DNA of 64,000 bases from Eledone cirrhosa. Lineage: Eukaryota. The notes beneath the pieces are model-generated. The model worked only from the letters and a program-made list of their open reading frames with translations. It had not been told where the DNA came from and ran no database searches. Every line of letters begins with the position of its first letter. Within the stretch, counting starts at the first letter, position 1. Of this stretch, positions 1 through 12,320 are shown piece after piece. Location of the stretch: positions 191,394,001 to 191,458,000 of the forward strand of contig OZ024741.1 of assembly GCA_964016885.1 (NCBI GenBank), given 5' to 3'. The position numbers and the translations under genes were made by a program.

Positions 1-592
1 TTGGTGGTCACCGATCTGTCCAGCTCGTTGGCTACCAGCATATCATGAAAGATTATACATCTCATATGTATTTTGTCTAAGGAGGACATGTTCTGGTTTA
101 TGTTATACATAAAACTTTCCATCTTTGAAATATATATAATGAAATAAATAGAGATGATATGAAGTATATATCTTTCATTTATTATCCCTCATCAACTTTT
201 TCAAGTTTCACTTGGAAAGGAAGGTGAGGGTGGAGAGAGAAGTGCTGCCCCCCCCCCCCCCAGTACGTTTGCTGAAAGGTGGGTGAATGTGGGAAGAATG
301 GCCCGTGTGAGTGGGCCTACTCTGATCATGCGCCTGTAGGTAGGTGAATTTGAGAAGGAGAGGAGTGCCCTTCTCGGGTACTCTCGAAGCATCGTGTCGT
401 TCAGGATTTGTGGGATACTTGAGTGAACCCTGGGTGGTCATCGCCCCTATTGGAGATTTTCTTTGTATTTTTATTGTTATTTTGTTATTGTTACTTATAT
501 TGTTTACACGTATATGTAAAGCCCCACTGTCCCTGTCTTTTGTATTGTCCCCTATATGTCGGCGCTTGTAGCCAATAAAGGAAACTATTATT

Positions 593-776
593 GGTCGATT
601 GGCAGTATCGGTAGAGAGTCGGACGCCATGCTTTCCAGCATAGTTACGTCCCTTTACGATCTGAGTTCAAATCCCACCGAGGTTAACTTTGCCTTTCATC
701 CTTACGGGGTCGATAAAATAAAGTACCAGTAATGCACTGGGTAATTGCTGGCTTTGTGCCTAAAGTAGAAACAATT
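593..776 (+). mobile_element. tRNA-headed SINE with Deu/Nin-like core; further copies at 28010-28230 +, 36351-36540 +, 46229-46404 -, 58975-59085 + (partial), 59968-60159 +, 60872-61055 +
   Basis: A-box TGGCAGTATCGG, B-box GAGTTCAAATCC, core gcctttcatccttacggggtcgataaaataaagtaccag; seven similar dispersed copies in the window. Confidence 0.85.
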
Positions 777-798
777 ATTATTATTATTATTATTATTA

Positions 799-3700
799 CA
801 GCTGCATTTATCTTGCTTTATGTTTATACGAGTTATCACCAAGTCACAACCAGTGACCTCAAGAGACAACAAGGTCCGCCATGTTCAAGAAAGAACATAC
901 ATACTCACACATGCATCTTTAGTGTTTAGACTTGTGATGTACTTATATTGACAGAATCTTCCTTAGTATATGGGCAGTTCCCATTAGTACTATCTTTTGT
1001 ATTTCTCCTATACGCGGGTTTCCTGGGATTTGCGATAAGTAGTCGTTAGACCCCTTAGGTATCATTCCCAGAGCGTCTACAACCACTGGTATTGTTTTAG
1101 TTCTCAATTTCCACATTTTTCCAATTTCTATCTCCAGGTCCTTATACTTGCTCAATTTTTCAAATGTTTTTATAGATACATTCTTGTCTATTGGAACGGA
1201 CATATCAATTAGCAGGCATACCCTCCTTTGAAAGTCCTTCAATATTATATCAGGTCTATTTGCATCTATTTTTCGGTCTGTTTGGATGCTAAAGTTCCAC
1301 AAGATTGAGATGTGATCTTTTTCAAGTATGGGAGGTGGTTGATGCTCCCACCAATTCTTTTGATGGGGCAGGTCAAAATGCTTACACATTATCCAATGTA
1401 TGTATTGTGCAGCTCTGTCATGCCTGTTTAGGTATTCGGTTGGAGCTATAGGACTGCACATTGAAATTATATGGTCAATGGTCTCTGGTCGTTTTTTGCA
1501 TACACGGCATAATGGGCTGCACCCATTTTTTATTATGTTGGCTTGGTAATTTTTTGTTGGCAGACACTGATCTTGTGCCGATATAATCAGTCCTTCAGTC
1601 TCCGATTTCAGTCCAGAGGATGCCAACCACTGATGGGTTAAAGTTTTGTCAACATCAGGATTGTTAGCTCGCTCTGGGTAGTTTCCATACAGAGGCTTTT
1701 CTTGCCATTTCTTAGCCAGTTTCTGTAGCAGTTCTTTCTTTGCAGTTACTTTTACCTGCTTTGCTTTTTCTGTGTTTTCCATTTCAGCAGTAAATGGGAC
1801 TTCTGAAATTTGTAGTCCATTACTGTATCTTTGTGCATCTTTTGTAATGGAATATGATCTTTTGGTGCTTTCGTGTTTCAAAACGAGTTTGATCATCCAA
1901 TCATGTGATTCCCTTAGATATGTGGATAATCCAATTGTTGCAGTTTTCAACGCAATGTCTAACTGGATTAACCCACGTCCTCCTTCTTTCCTAGGGAGAT
2001 ATATTCTATCTATATCTGCCTTAGGGTGATGCATTCTGTGCATGGTTAAGAATTTTCGGATTTTTGTATCGAGCCTACGGATCTCTGTGCTTGACCAGTT
2101 GATGACATTGTAACTGTAGGTTACTACTGGTATGGCAAGCGTGTTTATGGCATCGATCCTATTCCTTGCATTCAATTCCGTTCTTAAGATTGCTCTGACT
2201 CTGCGGTAACATTCCTTCCTTATCCTTTCCCTCATTGTCGAGTGCTTGATTCCGTCTCCTTCACAAACACCTAGATATTTGTAAGTTTTTTCTTGATCAA
2301 GCTCTCTTATCACGTTCCCCCGATCAAGATTAATGTCTGAACTCTTCAGCAGCTTTCCTCTGGTGAACGTTGCTTTGGCGCATTTATCCAGTCCAAACTC
2401 CATTTTAATGTCATCACTGAACTGTTTCACAGTGGATAATAGCCCTTGCAATTGTTCATCATTTTTTGCAAATAGTTTCAGGTCATCCATGTAGAACAGG
2501 TGATTAATGGTTTTGTCATAGACTCTATATCCATGTTTTGTTTCATTGAGCATTTTACTTAATGGTATAAGTGCGATGCAGAATAAAAGCGGTGATAAAG
2601 AGTCACCCTGAAAAATTCCACAATTAATGTTAACTTCTCCAGCTTCCAGTGATTTTGTTTCACTATTCAAAAGGAGTGTCGTTCTCCATGTCCTCATACT
2701 GAATGACAAAAACCTCCTGACAACGGGGGATATTTTGAAAATCTCTAAACATTTTTCAATCCAACTGTGTGGCAAACTATCGAATGCTTTTTTATAATCT
2801 ATCCAAGCAATCGATAGATTTTTGTGTCTATTATGACAATCTTCCAGTATCATTTTGTTAACCAGAAGCTGATCCTTACAGCCATATGAGCCTCGTTTAC
2901 ACCCTTTATGCTCAATGGGAAATAGGTCATTTGTTATCAGGTGGTCATATGTGTATTCAGTTAGGACTGATGTTAAAATTTTATACATTGTGGTCAAGCA
3001 GGTTATCGGTCTGTAATTTTTGGGATTGTTTGTCTCATCATTCTTCGGTAGCAGGAATGTAATGCCGTTAACTAGCCATGATGGTATCTTTTCTGGCTCC
3101 TTAACTATTTCATTGTAAAGTTGGGCTAACAGCTCATGAGACTCTGTGAAGGCATTTATCCAAAAGTTTTGTATTTTGTCTTTTCCTGGGGATTTCCATT
3201 TGCTGGTTTTTCTTAGAGCCAAGCGCAGCTGTTCAACTGTTATATTTTCCCATGTTTGTTCTTCAAGGTGAGCTGTTTCTTTCATTTGTCTGTCTATCCA
3301 TGGGGCATGTATGTTATGAACTTTTTCTTCGGCCCAGATCTTTTCCCAGAATTCTTGCACTTCCTCCTTGGGTGGTATTGATTTAGCAGTTATTGTTGAC
3401 TTACCAATTTTTCTGTAGAAGTTTCTTTGGTTGTTTTTGAACATATTATTGTCCTTATAGAATCTAGATCGTTTTTCAAAGCGCCTTATACGAGCAGCTT
3501 TGGCCGACACTTTTTGCTTGATTGTTTCTATCAGCATGTCTATGTCACATGTTGATCTTATACTGTACTTTTTTTTCAATTTTCTAAGTTTAGTTTGTTT
3601 AACATGTTCACCTACTTTATAGTTTGTTAAAATTTCTATGTCAGATCGGAGAAGGTTTATTTGGCGATTGATGTTATCTTGCCAAGTAGATTTCTTGTGG

Positions 3701-4171
3701 GAATTCCTTTGTTTTTTCATCTTCACTCCACATAAGTGAGTGGTGACTTTAGCCGATGCATAATAGAGATGATTTAAGTCAGTAATGTTTAGTTTGTTTG
3801 TGATGATAATGTTTTTGAGAATTATGTTAGTCTTGTGTATTATCTTTTGGTTCTGTTTGGAGTTCTGGATCTTAGGGAGGGTGTCTCGTTGCCCCATGTC
3901 AGATTCTTTCATTTTCATCCATTCGATCATAATTTCATCCTTCAAGTTGGCAAGTTCATTCTCATTCATTTCTTTATCATTTACGATCTCATTATTTTCA
4001 TTTGGGGTTTCATCCTGAGCATGCACTCCCTCCACTTTTTCGCTCCTTTCTTTAATTTGTTCTGTTGCCAGTGATTCCGCCCCAACCCTGGGATTCGAAG
4101 TGTTACAGTTTACCTCGTTATTCGAAGTGTTACAGTTTACCTCGTTATTCGAAGTGTTACAGTTTACCTCG

Positions 4172-4173
<2 letters not shown>
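799..4173 (-). mobile_element. R4/Dong-clade non-LTR retrotransposon (RLE type), 5'-truncated but with an uninterrupted RT-RLE frame, inserted in (TAA)n
   Basis: ORF 943-4035; ~145-nt 3'UTR; both ends abut (TAA)n tracts (775-798 and 4174-4259). Confidence 0.9.
943..4035 (-). CDS. Reverse transcriptase + CCHC zinc knuckle + restriction-like endonuclease (Dong/R4 ORF)
   Basis: RT motifs NYRPITCL, WIDYKKAFDS, GIFQGDSLSPLLF, FYMDD, YKYLG; CRVC..ETIDHIISMC knuckle; RHD; NRPDI..LIDMSVP..EKLSKY RLE. Frame stays open upstream to ~4172, so the GTG start is not the true start. Confidence 0.92.
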   Translation of the reverse strand: MEGVHAQDETPNENNEIVNDKEMNENELANLKDEIMIEWMKMKESDMGQRDTLPKIQNSKQNQKIIHKTNIILKNIIITNKLNITDLNHLYYASAKVTTHLCGVKMKKQRNSHKKSTWQDNINRQINLLRSDIEILTNYKVGEHVKQTKLRKLKKKYSIRSTCDIDMLIETIKQKVSAKAARIRRFEKRSRFYKDNNMFKNNQRNFYRKIGKSTITAKSIPPKEEVQEFWEKIWAEEKVHNIHAPWIDRQMKETAHLEEQTWENITVEQLRLALRKTSKWKSPGKDKIQNFWINAFTESHELLAQLYNEIVKEPEKIPSWLVNGITFLLPKNDETNNPKNYRPITCLTTMYKILTSVLTEYTYDHLITNDLFPIEHKGCKRGSYGCKDQLLVNKMILEDCHNRHKNLSIAWIDYKKAFDSLPHSWIEKCLEIFKISPVVRRFLSFSMRTWRTTLLLNSETKSLEAGEVNINCGIFQGDSLSPLLFCIALIPLSKMLNETKHGYRVYDKTINHLFYMDDLKLFAKNDEQLQGLLSTVKQFSDDIKMEFGLDKCAKATFTRGKLLKSSDINLDRGNVIRELDQEKTYKYLGVCEGDGIKHSTMRERIRKECYRRVRAILRTELNARNRIDAINTLAIPVVTYSYNVINWSSTEIRRLDTKIRKFLTMHRMHHPKADIDRIYLPRKEGGRGLIQLDIALKTATIGLSTYLRESHDWMIKLVLKHESTKRSYSITKDAQRYSNGLQISEVPFTAEMENTEKAKQVKVTAKKELLQKLAKKWQEKPLYGNYPERANNPDVDKTLTHQWLASSGLKSETEGLIISAQDQCLPTKNYQANIIKNGCSPLCRVCKKRPETIDHIISMCSPIAPTEYLNRHDRAAQYIHWIMCKHFDLPHQKNWWEHQPPPILEKDHISILWNFSIQTDRKIDANRPDIILKDFQRRVCLLIDMSVPIDKNVSIKTFEKLSKYKDLEIEIGKMWKLRTKTIPVVVDALGMIPKGSNDYLSQIPGNPRIGEIQKIVLMGTAHILRKILSI

Positions 4174-4259
<86 letters not shown>

Positions 4260-4260
<1 letters not shown>

Positions 4261-5843
4261 TTTGAGTCTCAGTCATTGATGTTAGTTAACTGGAAAGTTT
4301 GTTGAAATGAATATCAAGCCACTACCTGCAGCCTCAGATATTCAGGACGTATCGGAGGGTTCTTGCTGTTCCCAGCAAGAATGCCTTTTGAAGCGTTCCA
4401 AAAAGCGTGAAGGGGCCAATTTTCTTTAACCATCCCTGGAAACTTTTTGAGATAGTCCCTAGTGCGCCTATGACAATCGGGATCACTTTGACTTCATGGT
4501 AGTTCCAAATCCTTTTTACCTCCCACTTTAAGTCCTGGTATCGGTTAATTTTCTCCCTCTCCTTCTCTTGCACTCTCGTGTCGAATGGGCAGGCCACATC
4601 CACAATCAGGCACGATCTTTTTTCTTTGTCCAAAACCACCCGGTCAGGTCTATTGTGTTCCAGTTTCTTGTCCGTCTGTATCCTAAAATCCCACAGCACC
4701 TTCACCTGATCGTTTTCTATCACCGACTCTGGCTTATGCTCATACCACTTCTCAGAATGTGGTAAATTGTTTACTTTGCATAGGTGCCAGTGGATCACCC
4801 TGCCCATCACATCATGTCTCCAGCCCTTATAGTGAGTCTGGGCTATGTATTTACACTCGGATACAATGTGAGCCACAGTCTCCTCTCTCTCTCCACAGAT
4901 CCTGCACAGTGGGCTAGCCTCCTCCTTGTAAAAATGGTGGTTCAACCACTTCGTTTTGAGGGCCTGCTCCTGCGCAGCCATTAACATTCCTTCTGTAGCC
5001 TTTTTAAGGTCTCCTCTTTTCAACCAGTTCCATGTCTGTGGATCTCTGAATTCAGTTTTCTCAAAGAAGGTACTATGAAGGGATTTTTCCTGAAGGCTGC
5101 TCTTTCTCCTTGATGTTATTTCCTCCTTGGACATCCCCTGGCCTATTGTCCCCTCCTTCAGTACAGTTCTGAGCATTGGCTCCTTACTATCAGTCACGTA
5201 TTTGTGTAGGTTGTTTTTCTCCATCTGAACACAGTCCTCTATGCTGATAAGACCTCTTCCACCTTCAGATCTCCTTAAGTAGAGTCTATCGACATCACTC
5301 CTCTTGTTGAACATTTTGTAGATAGTAAATAGCTTTCTAGTCTTCCTATCCATTTCTTTTTGTTCAGCAACATTCCATCTCAGAATTCCCGCACTGTACC
5401 TAATAATAGACACAGCTCGGGAATTTACTGCACTTATGGCATTCCTACTGTTCAGATGTGACTTTAATACGCTCTTTACTCTCCGAATGTATTCAGTTCT
5501 TATCAATTCCTTCATTTTTTTGTTCTTGATGTCATCAGCCTCCAGAACACCCAAATACTTGTATCCTTCTTCAGGGTCAATTTCCTTTATCATCTCACCT
5601 GTTGGTACCTGGATTCCGTTACTTCTGCTCAACTTACCCCTCTTCATCACAATGACTCCACACTTACTAATACCAAATTGCATACATATATCATTGCTGA
5701 AAATACGGACAGTGTCAACAAGCACATCCAACTCCTTCTCACTCTTCCCGAAGAGCTTAAGATCGTCCATGAAGAGGAGAGGATTGATGGTAAGCTCTCC
5801 CTTTCCCAACTTGTATCCTGCTCTCACTTTTCGCAGTATAATG

Positions 5844-5845
<2 letters not shown>
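4260..5845 (-). mobile_element. Second, distinct R4/Dong-family element, 5'-truncated in the RT (LLFMDD onward), flanked by (TAA)n
   Basis: FMDD, YKYLG, CRIC..ETVAHIVSEC, RHD, NRPD..IVDVACP..EKINRY; own short 3'UTR 4260-4333; (TAA)n at 4174-4259 and 5846-5910. Confidence 0.88.
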
Positions 5846-5918
<73 letters not shown>

Positions 5919-6432
5919 GTAATAATAAATGTGAACACTAAAATCCGAAGAGGGCTGGATAAGGATTATATATATAAACCCGTAGAGCAAATATTTATTA
6001 TAAGAACAGATTAAAGTTTTAGCAAAGAATCGCTGCTTTCACCCTTAATGGGATCTTCTGAAACTAAAAAAATTAATCTGTGAACGCAGAAGTAAATATT
6101 TCGAAAAACGTTACAACTGAAGGAAAATAGGGTGAAGACGTTCCCTGGCAATGGACGAAAAAATGCGAGGATAATTACGTCGTTATGTGGAGTGAGAAGA
6201 ACAATTTCTTACAAAGACAAAACACATTTATGGTATAAATGGAGTCATTAGACTAATATTCTATTTAGAATAACCGGATGATTTCTGGCTCCGGAGTTTA
6301 AGAATAATGTAAATAAAGTTGTTAAACAGAAATGACAGAGGTTATTAATAATAGTAAAAGTAAATAAAGATGAGAACATTAAATATACATGTATATATAT
6401 ATATATATATACAAATATATACACACCTATAT

Positions 6433-6519
<87 letters not shown>

Positions 6520-6684
6520 CACATGTATACACGTACATACATATACACGTATACGCACACCATACACACATATACACATACACACACATACGCATAAACA
6601 CGCGCACACATACATATACATACACGCATATATATATATACGCATATACACACACATAAATTCATATACGCATATATACACATA

Positions 6685-7185
6685 GTCCAGACGGTTCTAA
6701 AATTGAATGGATGTTTGCCCGGGCCAAAGTTCTCTTGAAGATGAGGTTTAGCTCCATGTTATGAATGAAGCGACTGGGATTCATGAAGGCGTGTGGATCG
6801 AGGATCTTGCCACACTGACATTTCAGATCCGTACAAACGTCGGCTCCCACTCTGAAGGCAATAGAGACATGTAGCTCGTCCAAGCTGAGTAGGACACCAA
6901 CGTTAGCCACAGGTAGGGCATCAACCCAGCCGCCTGAGTGTTTGGCGCTAGCAGACAGTAAGCGGCACTTTGAGAATTGATCAGATTGGTTGAAGAGGAA
7001 GTCAAATGTGGCCTTTGAATTTATGCTGTCCCAAGCTCTCTGACTCCGTTTGTCCTCCATCTTGTCAGGAACATGCAAGCCCAACTCACTCCATTGTTGG
7101 AGAGCTTCATCCAACTCCCTGTTGGAACTAGTCCATGTTAAAGAGAAGAGGATGTTGCTCACCAGGATGGAGGAAAGGAAGCAAT

Positions 7186-7252
<67 letters not shown>

Positions 7253-8690
7253 TGAACATTTACGAAGACCAAAACTCCCAAATTGCTTGGGCAATGCAGC
7301 CTGATCATGAGACTCTGGAGAGAGTCTGACATTGACCAAGCACTCGTGTCTCTCGAAGGGGCTGACCCTGAGCATATATAGAAGCTTAGGAATCAAAAGG
7401 TAGTTTCTGAGTGTGAAAAAACCTTGATGGGGTTCGATTGCTTCAATATTCTTCAGGAACTGCTCAAGGTCAACAATCTTCAATTGGAAAAGTGACTGAA
7501 AGGCAAGGTCCGTAATTGGGGCCCCTAAGCAACACCAAGCCGAACGCAATGGAAGGGAAGGCCTCTGCAAAAAGGTAAATTGTCCGTTGATGTTGAGAAG
7601 CTGGGTGGTTGAGAATCCAGAGCTCTAATTTGGAGCTATTGACCTGGGGACCTGATTGTCAAGCTCCTCAATCACTTTGTTATCAGTGGCGAGAACCCTC
7701 TCCGGAGGTCCCACCAAACAAGTGTCAAGATACCAAACGTTGAGGTCCAACTGAACCCCATCCTGGTGATGTCATCAATGCCCAGTGCAAACAGAGCGGG
7801 CACGAATTGGTCACCCTGTTGAAATCTTGAGGCAGAGATGATGATTTGGTCACCAAAATAGAAGTAGGAGGGCTCCCGATATGCCTGCCAAACAAAGTGG
7901 TAGAATTGTGGGACCTTCTCTCTTACTGAGCTGAGGACGACATCGCGGCTGACGGAGTTAAAGGCATTCATAAGGTGAAGTTTGAGGATGACCCTAGGGG
8001 ACATGGAGGGCAAGTTGGTAAAGACTCTGATAGTGTGGGCAGCAGTCTCACATCCAAGCTTGGTACCCACCCCTAGCTGGATGGAGGAAAATTCCTCTGA
8101 CAGTTAGTCAGAGACCGATAGCAAACACACCTTTGGAGTAAGACGGCGAAGGGTGCAACCAACCGCAATGGCGCGCAGGTCTCCGTTGGATATATTGAGT
8201 CTGAATAATTTGGCACTGAAGAACAGTGGGAGGATATAGGGGAGAACGTTCACTGAAAAGAACTGATTCGGAAACTGAGTCAGACTCTACAAGAGTTTGA
8301 GTCTGGTATCATCGGCCAATAAGGGGATACCATCCTTGAAGTGTTGAGCTCGTATACCGTTAATCCCCGCGCCAGAACCAGCGGGGAAGGATGAAATCAC
8401 CTTTCTGATGTTATCAATGGTGTAGACCGGTCTTGAGTATTCTGGTGGCTCGAGCAAGTGTAACTGATCATCTGTGTGTGGGGGGGGGGGGGGCTTCTCT
8501 TTCAGTTGCTCAAGAGAATCAGAGTTACACGGAGCTAGGGAGGACAGAGAAGAGAGGAGATAGACAGCCCCATTAATGTCAAATTCGCTGGATTTGGCAT
8601 TAACCGCACGCTTGAGGTTTATCGGTTGCCTGTTTGTAGGCACCGAGCTTGGGGTGGACTCAAATAGCTGGAACTGCCGCTTGAGCAAAG
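6685..8690 (-). pseudogene. Decayed CRE-clade non-LTR retrotransposon (RT and start of RLE region)
   Basis: Frameshifted pieces GSGAGINGIR, GCETAAH, LKLHLMNAFNSVSRD, FQQGDQFVPALFALGIDD, LIPKLLYMLR, ILEPSGL; internal (GA)n at 7190-7249. Confidence 0.75.
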
Positions 8691-9635
8691 CCAGATTTTA
8701 CATTGTACTTAAAGAGAGAGATATACACATATACAGTTTTGTTCTGCTGGCACCACCTCTTGCCCTCTTTCTCACATATTGCTCTGCCATCATCACTCTC
8801 AACACCCTCTTCTTCGATTTGACCATTTCCAATTGCGCGCGCTGCAATGCCATTTCACTTCTTCATCGCCATCCTTGCCTCTGGAACAATGAATTTACCA
8901 CAGGGATATCCACGCGATTATACATCCAGGACTGTACCCTCCACATACACACACAGCAACATCCATTCAGAAACTTGGACACACATAGACACTTGCACCA
9001 TTTCCACACACACGCAACTGCACATTTCACACAAACCCACATTACCTACAGACATACCACACATCCTCTTCTCTTAACCACACAAATACACACACACGTG
9101 CACATCTACACATACACCCACACTTCACTCCCCACCGCCTCCGGAATTGAAACGATCTCATCTCACCCTATCCGACCCTTTCCACCCCCCCCCCCCACAC
9201 ACACACAGACACACACACACACACACACACAGACACACCTATACAAGGACTATACATGCACAGACATACACTCCACTCCAACACACGCACAATGGCTTCT
9301 CAAAACACACATTCGCATACACTCGCTTCCTTCCAGACTCACACACATCTACACATACACACACACCTTACCTTCCGCCATCCCCGCTCGGACTCCAAAT
9401 TTCTTGCTTCCCCTCCCCCCTCCCTCCAAATCCACCCACCCCTTACGCACTACCGGACCCATACACTCCTCCCACCCCTTCATTCTCATTTTTTTAAATT
9501 CTGCTTTTTTTTATATATTCCGTTTAATTCTGTTTCTATTTATTTTAACTTCATGTTTTATTTTTATTTCTATTTTTCCCGTCCTTTCATGTTTTTCCTG
9601 CTAATTCCCCTCCTCACTTTTGGATTCCCTCCCTA

Positions 9636-9672
9636 CTCTCCTGATGAAGGACTTATGTCCGAAACGTCGTAA
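9636..9672 (+). ncRNA. Minimal hammerhead ribozyme core in a PLE-type terminal repeat
   Basis: CTGATGA-a-GGAC(ttat)GTCC-GAAA-CGTC; stem I weak. Confidence 0.6.
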
Positions 9673-9831
9673 CCTCCCCCATTCTCACCAAGTGTGAAGC
9701 TAATGACACTATAACCATTGACTCTTGCGTTTGTTTGTTTGTCATTTTGAACTATATATATATATATTATATATATATACATATATACATTTTAAGTTAT
9801 TGTTTCTTGAAGAATTTGCCTTATTTTAAAT

Positions 9832-9908
<77 letters not shown>

Positions 9909-9939
9909 TTATTTATTTATTTATTTATCAATTAACAGA

Positions 9940-11330
9940 AAGAAAACCCTTATAGCGTTTAACGGCGATTTCTGGACAAGAGTTGATAGACCGAAGAGTT
10001 TTGATATTACTATGGGTTCTTCGGACTCAGCTCAGGTTACAGACCTCATTAGCATTTTCCTTCTAAACTTGTTACATAGGAAATTGCCGGAAATTGCCAG
10101 AGGTTTATATCGAGACGATGCATTATTCATAGTAGATAATCATAACAATAGTGACCTTAATAGGAAAAAGAAAATTATTATAAACTTCTTTAATAATTAT
10201 GACCTTAAACTAGATATAGAAAACAATAATAAAATAGTTAATTTCTTAGTTGTTACCTTAAACCTTAATTCAGATAAGATTAATGAAAACCTAAACTATG
10301 TTAGCTTCTACTCAAACCACCCTAGAAACATTAAGAAAGCTATAGTCAATAGAGAATTTCAAGACTCTCAGCTAATAAAAATATATTTGATAACAAAGCT
10401 GAATACTATAACAACGCTTTACACAGAGCTGGATACACTAATAAAATTAATTATATAGATAGGAATAATAAAAACCCACCTGCAAAACTATATTTTAAAA
10501 ATAACGAAAATAAACCACCTAACCAAAATAATATATCATATAAGAAAGCCAGAACCCGTTCTAAATTTGGTATTCACTCCCAATATCTTTAGGAATTAAG
10601 ACATCTTTAGCACACCGATTCTTTCGAGCTCTAGATAAATGTTTTCCTAAATCCCACAAATACCATTGCATTTTTAACAGACATACAGTAAACTCTCTTA
10701 CTCAACGACTACGAATCTAGCCCATAATATAGCAAAAATTAATAATAGACATCTAAAAATAAACCAAATTGAAATAAACCCAAATAACAATAATAATATA
10801 ATCAATAACATTAGCAATAATAATAATAACAACGTATACCTACATCTTCAAATAACAATATAAGAAAATGTAATTGCAGGAATAATATTTCTTGCCCGCT
10901 AGAGAATAATTCCTTAGATAGTAATTTAGTATATAAATGCACAATTAAAACTAAAGATAAACTTTATAATTATATAGGAGCCACTTCATCAAAATTTAAG
11001 GAGGGTTGATATAATCACAAACATACTTTTAAACGCTCTGATAAGAAATTCTTAACTTCACTGTCACAAAATTGTCTTTAAAAGACAATAACACTAAGTA
11101 TTCAATCTCTTGGAATAATATCAGGAACGCTCCCATATACCAAAATTCTTCAATTTCCAAAATTTGTCATCTTTCTTCTGAAGAAATCTTTCATATAATT
11201 ACTAATCCTGGTAATATTATTAACAAAAAGAAAGCGATATTTAATTCTTGTTTGCATAAATTTTCCAAGACCTTTCATAATCTCTATAAATGTTCTTTAA
11301 CCACTTAACCATTTATATGATGCTCTGAAA
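9940..11330 (+). pseudogene. Decayed Penelope-like element (probably Naiad-type): RT C-terminal half + GIY-YIG
   Basis: TMGSSDSAQVTDL, GLYRDD, VNFL, SNHP, CNC..CPL linker, VYKC..YIGAT, C.L...E, CLHK. Confidence 0.8.
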
Positions 11331-11574
11331 TCTTATCTAAGTTGTTTATTTACAACATAAATAATATAATAATTATAGAACCTAATAGATCGAAGCATAT
11401 CTTATTCAATGTTTATCAAAAACATACCTTTAATGCAATACATTTGTAGCTTATAATTTACTACACTACAATACATTTTTTTATATAACCAATATAATTA
11501 GATTCCCCTTCTTAAAATATATGTTAAAATATATATCTATAGCTACATGATTCTCCTACGCTCATGTATATATC

Positions 11575-11637
<63 letters not shown>

Positions 11638-11868
11638 ACAATTCTACACTAATATTTCACCTTTTATCGACTGCCATACGACCAATATAAATGCGCTATT
11701 TTTCAAAAATGTTCTAGTGTCTATAATAACGGTCCCTTTCTGTTTTAATGTATCCTTGTTAACTTATAGCCCTTGTAATTTTGAATTTTTACCTCACTGC
11801 CGTTAGCGAGATTATACTATTAAGTCTACGCTAAGGTATGTCAATATCCTTACAGAAATAGATAACTA

Positions 11869-11938
11869 TTTCATCTGATGAACGGGCTGGACGATTCTGT
11901 AAGGATCGTCTAGTTTCTTGAAACCCTTGGTAATGGAA
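11869..11938 (+). ncRNA. Type I hammerhead ribozyme in a PLE terminal repeat
   Basis: Stem I ttcat/atgga, CTGATGA, long stem II ggctggacgatt/gatcgtctagtt, GAAA, stem III acc-ctt-ggt, GUA cleavage triplet. Confidence 0.8.
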
Positions 11939-12320
11939 TAATTATATTGTGTCGTTTATTATGTAATTAAATAGCTCTGTACTATACATAGAGCGCTCTT
12001 CTTTCCTTTACGTTTTCTACGGAAATACTTAACACACACACACATACACACATAATTTTCCCATTATACAGGAGCAAACCATGGAATAGCTTAGATAGGA
12101 CTAAACATAAGATAGGGAAAGCCACTTCATAGTACAACAACTAGAGATACCAGAGTGCCATGTTCGTGGATGCTACCCCTGGGGGGAAATTAGTTAACCA
12201 ATGTAAAAAAGCCCTAAGAAAGACCCACTTAAAAATTAAAGATTAAAGTACCATAAAATCCCTGATCAGCAAAACATACCCCTTTAAGAAAACCCACTGT
12301 ACTAATAAGAAATGTGTAAA

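Noticed and set aside
60-150. Additional hammerheads at ~78, ~6270, ~13538, ~16770, ~36800, ~60790 and ~63935
   Set aside because: Core CUGANGA or GAAA is mutated or stem II is deleted; counted only as decayed PLE termini
260-590. Short ORFs at 201-571
   Set aside because: No recognisable motifs; ends in AATAAA and looks like a LINE 3'UTR remnant that I cannot assign
593-680. tRNA gene suggested by A/B boxes (also 50240-50308)
   Set aside because: No cloverleaf; continues into a SINE core and is multicopy
6248-6685. Long ORFs of YI/CV/HT/poly-I type here and at 8576-9672, 19192-19840, 34023-34562 and 55826-56569
   Set aside because: Translations of micro- and minisatellites with no domain content
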